This document shows, one piece after another, positions 10,575 through 20,209 of a stretch of DNA of 64,000 nt. This DNA comes from Methanobacteriota archaeon. GTDB taxonomy: Archaea; Halobacteriota; Bog-38; Methanoflorentales; Methanoflorentaceae. Within the stretch, counting starts at the first letter, position 1, and each line of letters begins with the position of its first letter. The position numbers were made by a program, and so were the translations under genes. Below the pieces are notes generated by a model. That model worked only from the letters and a program-made list of their open reading frames with translations, was not told the DNA's origin and ran no database searches. The stretch is from contig OY970393.1 in assembly GCA_963720465.1 (NCBI GenBank), forward strand, positions 2,208,001 through 2,272,000. The letters are read 5' to 3'.

Positions 10575-10751
10575 ATGGGCTTAGGAACCAGCACAACAGA
10601 ACCCGACATAGACTGTCTGGCGTTTATGGGATACGAGCAATACGGGGCAACCAAATACGTGCACTGCGGCGCTTTTGGAATAGTCCCGCTAGATTCGTGC
10701 AAGCGCTGCGTAGAATTCAGAAAAGTAAGAGCCCCTGATTACTACCGTTAG
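10575..10751 (+). CDS. Small Cys-containing hypothetical protein
   Basis: 58 aa with 4 Cys including CKRC; TTATAAATA TATA-like box about 40 nt upstream; stop overlaps the convergent GT4 stop. Confidence 0.5.
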   Translation: MGLGTSTTEPDIDCLAFMGYEQYGATKYVHCGAFGIVPLDSCKRCVEFRKVRAPDYYR

Positions 10752-11947
10752 CTACTCATCCGCGAAAGTGCCTTCGCGTACGCTTTCTCAGTCCTCAGAG
10801 CGACGTTATCCCACGTCAGGGTTTCTCTAACGGCTGCATAAGCCTCTGTTGCAAGATCGTCTCGTAGGTCTCGATCAGCTAGGAGTCGATTCACACCTTG
10901 TGACAGCGCAAACACATCTCGTGGGGGCACGAGCACGCCGCAGCGGTCGTTCAATATCTCAGGAATTCCCCCTACGTTCGTTGCGACCACCGGACGTTCG
11001 CAGGCCATTGCCTCGATTAAGAAGAGACTGGACGCTTCCATCAAGCTTGGGATCACGACGATATCCGATGCCGAAATGTACTGAGGCAACTCTGTGTGCG
11101 GCACTGCTCCGATGAACGATACCTTCTCTTGAAGGCCGTTCTGCTCAACAAGTTTTTCGAGGTGATGCCTGTGTGGCCCATCTCCAGCTATCACAAGCTG
11201 GGCATCGTGTTGCGCGATGATGTCCGGCATGGCCAAAATGAGATAGTCCACGCCGTTTTTTTCGACAAGTCTTCGCGCGGTAAACAGAACGGTTTGGTCC
11301 GAGAGGGATTCTGCGGGAACAACATCGGGGTGAAACTCGCGCGGATCGAAGCCGTTGTGTATTGTCACGACCTTGTCGGCGGGTGCGCCCCATTCAATGA
11401 CTCTGCGGGCGAAATACGCGCCCGTGTGAATCTGCATCTTGGACATTCGCGCAAGCGCGGGGGCGAGCGCGCGTTCTGTAAATCTGTAGAGTGACGCGAC
11501 TAGAGGTGGCTCTATGTAGCGCCAGATGTCATAGTAGGATCCGTGAAGTGTGTTGACGGCGGCTCCTCCATGTTTTCGAGCCAAGACGTTTGCTGCCACG
11601 CCTGATGTGTAGAAATGGCCGTGGTAGATATCAAACCCGGAGAGATCTGCTGCAAGGCTAGCAAACGGAAACGCGACCTGTCGGGCAAATCTGAGATTCG
11701 CAGGATCCCACGTGCGTTTCATAGTGCCTGCAAGGTCAACGTTTTTGACTGATACGTCTTCAATGCGAAACTCAGAGGCTCTGCTGCTTGCCCCGCTTAC
11801 TATCGTCACTTCGTGTCCGAGTTTTGCTAGCGATTTCGACAGCTCGAGCAGTGCAACTTCAATCCCCCCTAGCAATACCCCTTCCGGCTGCGGACCGAGC
11901 TCATAAATGTGTGCGATCTTCAACGAGTTCAAACGCGCACCTTCCAT
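10748..11947 (-). CDS. Glycosyltransferase family 4
   Basis: GGIE, RLVEKNG, PSLMEA...EAMACERPVVATNVGGIPE. Confidence 0.93.
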   Translation of the reverse strand: MEGARLNSLKIAHIYELGPQPEGVLLGGIEVALLELSKSLAKLGHEVTIVSGASSRASEFRIEDVSVKNVDLAGTMKRTWDPANLRFARQVAFPFASLAADLSGFDIYHGHFYTSGVAANVLARKHGGAAVNTLHGSYYDIWRYIEPPLVASLYRFTERALAPALARMSKMQIHTGAYFARRVIEWGAPADKVVTIHNGFDPREFHPDVVPAESLSDQTVLFTARRLVEKNGVDYLILAMPDIIAQHDAQLVIAGDGPHRHHLEKLVEQNGLQEKVSFIGAVPHTELPQYISASDIVVIPSLMEASSLFLIEAMACERPVVATNVGGIPEILNDRCGVLVPPRDVFALSQGVNRLLADRDLRDDLATEAYAAVRETLTWDNVALRTEKAYAKALSRMSS

Positions 11948-12771
11948 TGTCGTGCAATTTGAGCTAGCGTTAAGAATGTGAAGCGCGCGTCTTCACTCAA
12001 GTCTTGCAAGACGGAGGAGAAAAGCTCCGCATAGCAGCCTACTTCCGAGGACGGGTGTCCGTACAATACGAATGGCAGCCTCTTGCTGTGCCAACGATCT
12101 GCGCTCTCGTGTACTCGCACTTTGATCTCGTCTTCTGAGACGCCGTTCGCGCACAGTTCGCCGATCGAATCCATCGAAACCGGCACTTGCAGTACGTGCC
12201 GTGTCGCTGCGCCAGTCTTAGGGTAAAACGGAGACGTCGGTTCTAGGCATTTGAAATCACTTGAATAACTGAAGCCGAACGAATCAATGGCGCGGAGCAA
12301 AGCGCTGGTGACGGTAAATCCCGGCGACGCAAAGCCCGTTATGTTGCTTGCAGATGCTGCCGTGAGCGCCTTGAGCCCTCTGCTGATGAGCGCTTTGATA
12401 GTTCTCTCGTCCATGGCTGGCACTTCATTCATCCATGCGTAGTGATCATACCCGTGCAATCCTAGTTCGTGTCCCTCTGCGGTAATCTCCAGCAGGGCTG
12501 CCGGACACGCTGCCTCGACGCGCACGTTCCGCAAGATCCCGTTTAAACTTTGGAATCGGTATCGCAGTGGTTTCGATCTGATGAACTTCAGGTAACGTCG
12601 CGGGTTTGCGATGTGCCTGAAGAGATTAAGCGCTAGTCGGTCGGGGCCAGTGGTCACGAAGAACGTCCCTTTGATGTCAAAAACCCGAAATAAGTCCAGC
12701 AGTTTAGGCACCAAGGCAATATCTTGTGCGCTATCAACGTCCATTCGTATCGCAACAGGGGTTTCAAACAT
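11929..12771 (-). CDS. Polysaccharide deacetylase family protein (ArnD-like)
   Basis: RMDVD, TFFVTTGPD, HELGLHGYDH, SPGF, YSSD. Confidence 0.88.
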   Translation of the reverse strand: MFETPVAIRMDVDSAQDIALVPKLLDLFRVFDIKGTFFVTTGPDRLALNLFRHIANPRRYLKFIRSKPLRYRFQSLNGILRNVRVEAACPAALLEITAEGHELGLHGYDHYAWMNEVPAMDERTIKALISRGLKALTAASASNITGFASPGFTVTSALLRAIDSFGFSYSSDFKCLEPTSPFYPKTGAATRHVLQVPVSMDSIGELCANGVSEDEIKVRVHESADRWHSKRLPFVLYGHPSSEVGCYAELFSSVLQDLSEDARFTFLTLAQIARQWKVRV

Positions 12772-12920
12772 GGCAGTTTGTACAAAAAAGTATATCTATA
12801 CACGTTTTCAAAAATCGTAACTAGTATTAAGGCTGTCGTTAGCCAAGGCTATCGTTAACAGCAAGCCATTCCGTTGAGGTCGCACATTTTTTAAACTGAT
12901 TTGTTAGAGGCACAAAACCA

Positions 12921-13856
12921 GTGGATCGTTCGCAGCTCAGACAGAATCAAAGCGTCAGGCTGAAGATGGGCCTGCTCTTCGCGTGCCTCGCTCTCACTTT
13001 TTTGGTCTTCGGGAGCGCTTTTGCCAACGTCGCTCCCCCCCTTAATTACGCCACGCTAAAGCAAAACGGGTTCTATTTATGGGCAGTTCTAGCTCTGTGC
13101 GTGGCGTGGGTTTACGTTAAGCGAACGGAGATTCTCGACGCCGCCCGCACGGGGACCGATAGTCGATGGGTGGTCGCCGGCATAATACTTGCCAGCGCCT
13201 CTCTTGGGCTCCTATACTACGCTGCTACTTTTGTAGAATCGCTTCCGTTAACTCTATTTGCCATTGTTTTTGTCGTCGTCGCTCAATTTACGCTTTTTTT
13301 TGGAAAGGCGTCAAAAATACCGCTCATGCTGCTAGGAGTGTTCGGTATTGCAGTCGTTTTTCCGGCGCTACTCGAAAGCGCAGTGGCGGCTCCTTTCCCG
13401 AGGGCAACGGCAGTTCTTTGCGTGTCAACATTGCAATTGGCCAGGGTGCCTGTCACTTTGAGTGGGGTCACGGTAACGCTAAACAGCCTGATGGGCTACA
13501 ACATTGTTGTGAATGTCGACACGAGGTGCGCTGGAAGCGATTCGTTAGCGATATTTCTGGCGATTTTTGCCCTTATGCTCGTAGATCGAAAGCCAAGTAA
13601 CAAGGCCGTGCTCGGACTGTTTATTTTTGGCGTTGTTGGCGCGTATCTGCAGAACTTTGTGAGGCTGCTGGCGTTGTTCACGGCCGGGTACTACTATGGC
13701 GCTAACGCCCTGTGGGCAGTTCATGACTACGCAAGCTACATACTTTTTCCAGTGTGGTTTCTAGGCTTTGCGGTCATCTACCTGAAGTATGCTCGGAAGC
13801 CAGGTAATCCGGCAATCGGGCGTATGACAAGCGCTGAGAGCACGACGGAGCTCTAG
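12921..13856 (+). CDS. Exosortase/archaeosortase family membrane protein
   Basis: Multi-TM protein with RCAG (catalytic Cys), QNFVR (Arg) and HD (His) in family order. Confidence 0.85.
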   Translation: MDRSQLRQNQSVRLKMGLLFACLALTFLVFGSAFANVAPPLNYATLKQNGFYLWAVLALCVAWVYVKRTEILDAARTGTDSRWVVAGIILASASLGLLYYAATFVESLPLTLFAIVFVVVAQFTLFFGKASKIPLMLLGVFGIAVVFPALLESAVAAPFPRATAVLCVSTLQLARVPVTLSGVTVTLNSLMGYNIVVNVDTRCAGSDSLAIFLAIFALMLVDRKPSNKAVLGLFIFGVVGAYLQNFVRLLALFTAGYYYGANALWAVHDYASYILFPVWFLGFAVIYLKYARKPGNPAIGRMTSAESTTEL

Positions 13857-14104
13857 CGTGCTTGAGTCGAGCCCCTCGGTGATGTGTGGTATGTCCGCGC
13901 CTCGCGCCTGCTCTCATTTTCATCACGCCGCTAAAATCGCTGCCATTTGACGTTTCTAGCGCCGCAGCGCGGTCGGAATGGCAGGTACAAATAACAAAGA
14001 CTAAGTAGCATTGCAAAAAAACTAAGGAGACTGCCTATACGCCAGAATTCGTCTTTGGCTGCATATCGCTGCAGCTTTTGCCAACATCCAGAGACCTGCC
14101 AAAG

Positions 14105-16636
14105 ATGTCAACTCCTCAACAAAAAACGCGTGTCCGCATTCACGGCTGGACTCAGCGTTTCAAAAGGTTCGCATTTCTTTTGTTTTTAGGTGCGGTTTTG
14201 ATCTCTCTCACTGCGGCCACGGCAAACCTCGCGGGCGTACCCAACGCGGCCGAGGCGCAGCCAGTAGTCGGCGCGACGACGCACCCGATACAGTACTGGA
14301 TTGGCTGCGCGCCGTCAATGGTAACTACCACCAATTTGAACTATTTTAAACAACAAGGATTCACCGCTGTCTGCGTGGTTGTCCCCGACAGTCAGACGTA
14401 TCAGACGCAGCTCACCACGATCAAGTCGCTCAATATGCTGCCGATTATTGATATCGAAATGCCCATCTGGGACGGCGGGCAGCTTCAGAGCACGCCGATA
14501 AGCAATTTTGCAAGCTATTTCCAATCACTCAAAACCGCCGGATGGCAATACGTCGCCTCGGAAGGCGGCAGGAGCGGCGACCTCGAGTACATGGCGCACT
14601 ACTTCAAGGGCTATGTGAACTTCAACTGTGACCAGTGCGGCCTGTGGGAAGGGGGGTATCCAGTGTATACGAACTCATTTACGGTCGCGAACAGCTGGGA
14701 GAGCTACTACCCCTCTGAGTGGCAGTACATACAAAACGGATCAAAGCAGGCCGCTGCGCTTGGCATCCAGAACGGCATCCTCGCCGGCACGTGGGCTAAT
14801 AGTGGCGGAGACAACCAGATATACGCTAACTCAGTGAGCGGCAGCGGCACGCCCTCGTATCTCTCAATGCTGAACTGGTCGTATGCTAATGGCATCGGCT
14901 TCACCAGCTTCCACGTCTGGTGTGGTGACAATCCCGATGGGCTAAGCCAGTACCAATCGCTCGGATTTGACAAGTTGGTCGCAGCCATGCAAGTCTATTA
15001 CCCTGCGACCACGTCGGCGTCGCTTGCCAAGGGGGCCACCGGGCAGCCCACCCAGGTCACCCTCACCGCGTCGAGCACGACCCCCGCCGTCAACCAGTCC
15101 GACACCTTCACCGCCACCCTCAAGAGCGGCTCAACGGCCCTATCGTCCAAATCAGTCACAATCTACCACTACCTCAATGGCGTGCGCTACAGCGACACCA
15201 CTGCGAACACTGGCACCAACGGCCAGCTCACCCTCGCAACGAAGTGGACCACACCCGGCACACGCACCTACTACGCTGTCTTCTTCGGCGATGGTTCATA
15301 TCAGTCAATGACGAGCAGCGCCGTCACTATTAACGTCAAAGCACAGCCGCAGCTCACCCTCACCGCGTCAAGCACCACCCCCGCCGTCAACCAGTCCGAC
15401 ACCTTCACCGCCACCCTCAAGAGCGGCTCAACGGCCCTATCGTCCAAATCAGTCACAATCTACCACTACCTCAATGGCGTGCGCTACAGCGACACCACTG
15501 CGAACACTGGCACCAACGGCCAGCTCACCCTCGCAACGAAGTGGACCACACCCGGCACACGCACCTACTACGCTGTCTTCTTCGGCGATGGTTCATATCA
15601 GTCAATGACGAGCAGCGCCGTCACTATTAACGTCAAAGCACAGCCGCAGCTCACCCTCACCGCGTCAAGCACCACCCCCGCCGTCAACCAGTCCGATACC
15701 TTCACGGCTACCTTGACGAGCGGCGGAACGGCTCTCTCAGGAAAGAACGTTACCGTCTATCACTACCTCGACGGCGTTCGCTACAGCGACATCACTAAGA
15801 CCACCAACGCGAAAGGCCAGCTCACCCTCGCAACGAAGTGGACCACACCCGGCACACGCACCTACTACGCTGTCTTCTTCGGCGATGGTTCATATCAGTC
15901 AATGACGAGCAGCGCCGTCACTATTAACGTCACCAACGTCAAGACATCGGCGAGCACTGCCGTCACCGAAAACGTCACCAACGTCAAGACATCGGCGAGC
16001 ACTGCCGTCACCGAAAACGTCACCAACGTCGCCAAGATGCCGACCGCGCTCACGATTGCCGCGCCCGCATCTGCATTGATGATGCAGAACTTCACCGTCA
16101 ACGGCACGCTGAGCGCCAGCGCCGTTGGAATAGGTAACGTGACCACTGCCCTGCAGCGTTCCACGGACAACGCCACGTGGACCAACGTGACCACGAACGT
16201 GACGAACACCACGGGCGGATACCAGTTCAGTAACAACGAGTCGGCGGCGAACACCTACTACTACCGCGCCGTTTACGACGGTAACGCCACCTATACCAAC
16301 GCCACAAGCAACACGGTGAATGTGACCGTCGCCAAGATGCCGACCGCGCTCACTCTCACCGCGTCCAACTCCACTCCCGCGGTCAATCAGTCCGTCACCT
16401 TCAACGCCACTTTGAGTAATGGCACGACGCCGCTCTCAGGAGAGAACGTTATTATCTACCATTACCTCCACGGCGTCCGCTACAACGACACGACCAATCC
16501 CACCAATGCTAATGGCCAGATCACCATTACCACGAGCGGGGCCTCCACCGGACAACGCACCTACTACGCCGCCTTCGCCGGCGACAGCACCTATCAAGCA
16601 TCGACGAGCAGCGCGGTCAATGTCATAGTGCAGTAG
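14105..16636 (+). CDS. Secreted protein: signal peptide, ~250 aa catalytic-like domain, five Ig-like (Big) repeats
   Basis: Hydrophobic N-terminus; repeats ending YYAxFxGDxxYQ; many NxT sequons; no C-terminal TM. Confidence 0.85.
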   Translation: MSTPQQKTRVRIHGWTQRFKRFAFLLFLGAVLISLTAATANLAGVPNAAEAQPVVGATTHPIQYWIGCAPSMVTTTNLNYFKQQGFTAVCVVVPDSQTYQTQLTTIKSLNMLPIIDIEMPIWDGGQLQSTPISNFASYFQSLKTAGWQYVASEGGRSGDLEYMAHYFKGYVNFNCDQCGLWEGGYPVYTNSFTVANSWESYYPSEWQYIQNGSKQAAALGIQNGILAGTWANSGGDNQIYANSVSGSGTPSYLSMLNWSYANGIGFTSFHVWCGDNPDGLSQYQSLGFDKLVAAMQVYYPATTSASLAKGATGQPTQVTLTASSTTPAVNQSDTFTATLKSGSTALSSKSVTIYHYLNGVRYSDTTANTGTNGQLTLATKWTTPGTRTYYAVFFGDGSYQSMTSSAVTINVKAQPQLTLTASSTTPAVNQSDTFTATLKSGSTALSSKSVTIYHYLNGVRYSDTTANTGTNGQLTLATKWTTPGTRTYYAVFFGDGSYQSMTSSAVTINVKAQPQLTLTASSTTPAVNQSDTFTATLTSGGTALSGKNVTVYHYLDGVRYSDITKTTNAKGQLTLATKWTTPGTRTYYAVFFGDGSYQSMTSSAVTINVTNVKTSASTAVTENVTNVKTSASTAVTENVTNVAKMPTALTIAAPASALMMQNFTVNGTLSASAVGIGNVTTALQRSTDNATWTNVTTNVTNTTGGYQFSNNESAANTYYYRAVYDGNATYTNATSNTVNVTVAKMPTALTLTASNSTPAVNQSVTFNATLSNGTTPLSGENVIIYHYLHGVRYNDTTNPTNANGQITITTSGASTGQRTYYAAFAGDSTYQASTSSAVNVIVQ
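15058..15931 (+). repeat. Three 297-bp intragenic tandem repeats (99-aa Ig-like units)
   Basis: Units start at 15058, 15355 and 15652; units 1 and 2 are nearly identical. Confidence 0.95.
15932..16030 (+). repeat. 45-bp tandem repeat (TNVKTSASTAVTENV) x2 plus partial copy
   Basis: Copies start at 15932, 15977 and 16022 (partial). Confidence 0.9.
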
Positions 16637-16730
16637 TCGAGAGGCTGCACAAATCTGTAAAGAGACAGTTAACGAGGATTATCGTCATTCTTATATACGG
16701 GCCGCATGTAACGCTATCTGAGCAAATAAC

Positions 16731-17351
16731 ATGAGGAAAAGTCTTCTGTCTTTGCTGGTGGTCGCAACGGTGATCGCTACTATTTTGGTAGCTGGGTGTA
16801 CCTCTTCAACTTCTCCAACTCCTAGCCCACAAGTAGTGAGCACAAGTAATTCGTCAACAACTGCGTCATCTACGACAACGTCGAGTTCGTCAGCGGTCTC
16901 AAGCGTCACGCCGTCACCCAGTGCTAGCGCTTCGCCAACTCCGACGGCAACACCAATTCCGACGGCAACACCAACTCCAACGTCATCGCCAACTCCGACG
17001 TCGTCGCCAACGGCTACGCCTCAACCGTCAGGGCAGACTTCGATCGCACTTGGCATAGGAAGTGGCGGTCCGCCACAGCTAGTTTTCACAAAGGGGGAGC
17101 AAATAAATTGGGTGATCGATGTGACTTCCCAAGCCACCGGGACGACCGTTTGCGGGGGCACCGTTACTGTGTCGATCGCCGGCGTATCAACAACTCAGTT
17201 GACTTCAGCACCCGGCTGTTTCCACACTGCGTACTTTACGCTTAACAGCGGCGTGCCGAAAGACGGGACGTACAAGGTTACGCTCAGTTATTCTGGTTAC
17301 GGCTCGCTTCAACCCTCAACAAGCTCAACAAGCATCACGGTCAGCGGCTGA
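16731..17351 (+). CDS. Lipoprotein with Ser/Thr/Pro-rich linker and C-terminal Ig-like domain
   Basis: Lipobox ILVAGC; PT/SPT low-complexity linker; YKVTLSYSG strand. Confidence 0.8.
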   Translation: MRKSLLSLLVVATVIATILVAGCTSSTSPTPSPQVVSTSNSSTTASSTTTSSSSAVSSVTPSPSASASPTPTATPIPTATPTPTSSPTPTSSPTATPQPSGQTSIALGIGSGGPPQLVFTKGEQINWVIDVTSQATGTTVCGGTVTVSIAGVSTTQLTSAPGCFHTAYFTLNSGVPKDGTYKVTLSYSGYGSLQPSTSSTSITVSG

Positions 17352-17402
17352 AGATTTTTCTAACCAACGAAGTGAGCGAGCTCTGCTTGTGAGTGTCTCC
17401 CG

Positions 17403-17639
17403 TTACAGCCTGCAACGGAGCACGATGATCCTGAATGTTTTTCGACCCGTCGTACTGCTTAGATATAGTTGCACGTAGGATTGACGACAAACACAGCCTT
17501 TGCGCCGCGCTAACTTGCGTAAATCTACGAACGAGCTCACGATTATGGAAGCAAAACAAGTCGCGCAGTTAGTTGCTGTGTCATCATTTTCGCTGCGTGC
17601 ATATCGACAGCACATGCGCGCCTTAGTGACAGTCTTCAC
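17403..17639 (-). pseudogene. Possible degraded zinc-ribbon protein
   Basis: CCRYARSENDDTATNCATC resembles CxxCGxENxxxAxxCxxC with the first knuckle disrupted. Confidence 0.3.
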
Positions 17640-18184
17640 GGCATTTCCATGGACGTGTGTGCGAAAAGGGTCGAAGGGAACGTCTCAGTTATGCGAATCA
17701 GCACCGTGTCGTGAGAGATGATATCATAGGTTCGTGATAACAGTGGCACGTTTTGAGCCACCCCGAATAATTCGTTCAGCTCTTCGTTGCAGATGGTCTC
17801 GATGCGTCTGATTTCACGCCGCGACTCGATCTTCCGTTGATTCATTATACGTCCTATCGGTATATCGGCCTTCATCAGGTCGTCTCTGAACTCTTCTTGG
17901 AGACGTGCGATCGGCGTGTAGGACTCGGCATAGATCAGCGGTTGATCATCGTCGTCGTTTTTGAGAACGACGACGCGATAGTTTAACTCATCACCTTCTT
18001 CCACGTCCAAGACTCTCGCCCGTTCGGCGTCTGCTTCCACGACCTGCTGAAGCAGCGTCGTCACACCGATGGGTTTTCCCGTTAGCACTTCGAGCAGAGT
18101 CGTAACCGAGCCGTCAGTTACGAGCAACAATCTTTGAGCCTTCGACAGTTGCAGACTTGTGTTCTCCATACGAATCGCGTACAC
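17636..18184 (-). CDS. Chorismate pyruvate-lyase-like protein (DUF98 family)
   Basis: LLVTDGSVTTLLE, ADIPIGRI, RREI, ITETFP; adjacent to beta-RFAP synthase. Confidence 0.85.
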   Translation of the reverse strand: MYAIRMENTSLQLSKAQRLLLVTDGSVTTLLEVLTGKPIGVTTLLQQVVEADAERARVLDVEEGDELNYRVVVLKNDDDDQPLIYAESYTPIARLQEEFRDDLMKADIPIGRIMNQRKIESRREIRRIETICNEELNELFGVAQNVPLLSRTYDIISHDTVLIRITETFPSTLFAHTSMEMP

Positions 18185-18211
18185 TCCCTAACCTTTAGAA
18201 ACGTAGAGTTC

Positions 18212-19167
18212 CTAGCCGGAAGAAATCTCTCGGACACGCGCACCGCCGTTTCGCGCTTTCACCGCGTGTACGTCTCCCCCGATAGTCTCACGCAAGTAAC
18301 GCTGCACTGCTGCGTGTAGCCGCTTCCCGTCAGTTATTCCGTAAACGGCCGGACCAAACGAGCTCATTCCGGCGCCGAAAGCTCCGTTATCTCTCATATA
18401 TTGTATTAGGCCAGCGCAGAAGGGCTGTAGCGCAAGTTCTCGGCGTTTGAAACCGAGCGTCTGCACTCGATCGATCGAGCGTCCAAAACTCTCGATGTCC
18501 TGTTCCACGACTGCGGGAAGCATCTCCATTAAGAGTAAGTGGCAGAGCTCTTGGACCTCGGTGAGCGGCAGCGGACAGTGTTGTCGGAACACGTCGATCT
18601 CGCGCTCGTCACTTGCTCCGTGCAGGTCTGGAACTGCAAGAACGATCTTCCAATCTGGAAAATCGTGACGAGCGAGTATGGGTGGCGGATCATATTTTCC
18701 AGAAGCTGACGAGGGCAAGAACTGTTTTTTGCCTTTATGGCCGCCGTCGATGATGAAGCCCCCCAGCTCGTACGCCGCGACGCCGATACCAGAGGTACCC
18801 CCCTTCCTGTCAATCGTGCGATGGCGCTTGGCGTCAAGTGCAAATCGTAAAGTTCGCTCATCGCCGTTCCGACTGCTAATGCGACTTGGGTTCCCGAGCC
18901 CAATCCAACGTGAGCGGGATACTCGTCAACGACCTCGATCGCTACGCCGCCGACGTCGTGCTGCATCATGATCGCTGATGCCGCTCTTTTGATTCGGTCT
19001 TCGAACGCCGTGTTTCCTGAGACGGATAGTTGGGCATCTTCTCGCGCGTTGATCTTCATGGATGGAAAGTCGAGAGTCAGTCCTACGCTACCATCAATGC
19101 GTCCAAGGGAGCCGCTCAAGTCAATCAGGGTGATATGAAGTCTCGATGGCGTTACTACTTCGATCAT
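18212..19167 (-). pseudogene. mptG: Beta-ribofuranosylaminobenzene 5'-phosphate synthase, split by a 1-nt deletion in a G run near 18800
   Basis: TPSRLHITLIDL, HVGLGSGTQ in one frame; TSGIGVAAYELGGFIIDGGH...GMSSFGP in the next frame. Confidence 0.88.
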
Positions 19168-20063
19168 GTCGTTTTTCGCGTCGATGTCTCCGGTTCAATG
19201 TGAATAATGGACTCTTTAACGTTTGGCACGCGCGTCTTTATGTCTTTTTCCAGCTTGTTGGCAATGTTGTGAGCGTCTTCAAGGCTAAGGTTCGGCAGGA
19301 CGTGGATGCTCACGTCCACAAATAAGCTGCTGCCGGCTTGCCGGGCTCGCAGATCATGGAAGTCAGTTATGTCGCGGTTGTCCGCTATAACGTCTCTGAT
19401 TTTTGACGTGATTTCCTTCGGCGGGGCGGCGTCGAGGAGGACCTGCGTCGTTTTTCGCCCGAGCCTAATGGAAGTCGTGAGCATGATGACCGCGACGAAG
19501 ATCGCGGCCAAAGGGTCGACGACGACATAGCCGAACTTGGCGGCCACCAAGCCGAGAAGCACAGCTATGGAGCTATAGATATCCGTTGAGAAGTGATACG
19601 CGTCGGCTTCTAAGGCTGAACTTCCGTATTTTCGGGCGTTTTGAAACAGATATCTCGAAACGGCGAAATCTGCTATGATGGCAAAAATCATAATGGCGAT
19701 GGCATAATAGAGCGTATTGTTTATCTGGATAGCAAATCCTGTGAGAAGTCGCAGGCCCGCCTCATAGAAGATCCATATGCTTGTAACGCCAAGAAGTGCG
19801 GTCTGTACGAGGCTTGAAAAGTTTTCGTACTTCTCGTGCCCGTAGGGATGCTCTTCATCTAGTGGCCTATTTGCGCTTCTGATGCCTGTGTACGCGAAGC
19901 CCGATGCAAGAAGGTCGAGCAGCGAATGGGCCGCTTCGGCGAGTATTCCCAGACTACCACTGGCAACCCCCACGATAATTTTCGTGGAGAGCAGGAGCAC
20001 ATTGACAAAAACTGAAAAAGTTGCAGCGCGAAGCTTTTGGGCTGCGCCGCTGGCGTCGTCCAT
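19164..20063 (-). CDS. Cation diffusion facilitator family transporter
   Basis: AEAAHSLLD, HPYGHEKYE, ADAYHFSTD, C-terminal IHIEP. Confidence 0.93.
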   Translation of the reverse strand: MDDASGAAQKLRAATFSVFVNVLLLSTKIIVGVASGSLGILAEAAHSLLDLLASGFAYTGIRSANRPLDEEHPYGHEKYENFSSLVQTALLGVTSIWIFYEAGLRLLTGFAIQINNTLYYAIAIMIFAIIADFAVSRYLFQNARKYGSSALEADAYHFSTDIYSSIAVLLGLVAAKFGYVVVDPLAAIFVAVIMLTTSIRLGRKTTQVLLDAAPPKEITSKIRDVIADNRDITDFHDLRARQAGSSLFVDVSIHVLPNLSLEDAHNIANKLEKDIKTRVPNVKESIIHIEPETSTRKTT

Positions 20064-20136
20064 GCTTGGCCATTTATATAGGTTTTACTTTATTTAGGGG
20101 TATCGGAATCGCGTGACGCGAGCCGCAGCAGCGTCA

Positions 20137-20150
20137 GAAACCTTTAAGTA
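20137..20150 (+). promoter_or_regulatory. BRE/TATA promoter upstream of the SPOUT-rpl3 operon
   Basis: GAAACC-TTTAAGTA about 60 nt before the first ORF. Confidence 0.5.
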
Positions 20151-20209
20151 GCTTTGTTGCACTTCTAAAGACTACACGGGTCAGGCGAAATCACGCAGAA
20201 TGTGCAAAG

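Noticed and set aside
13911-13920. CTCTCATTTT similar to the recombinase-island motif
   Set aside because: Single partial match 36 kb from the island; consistent with chance.
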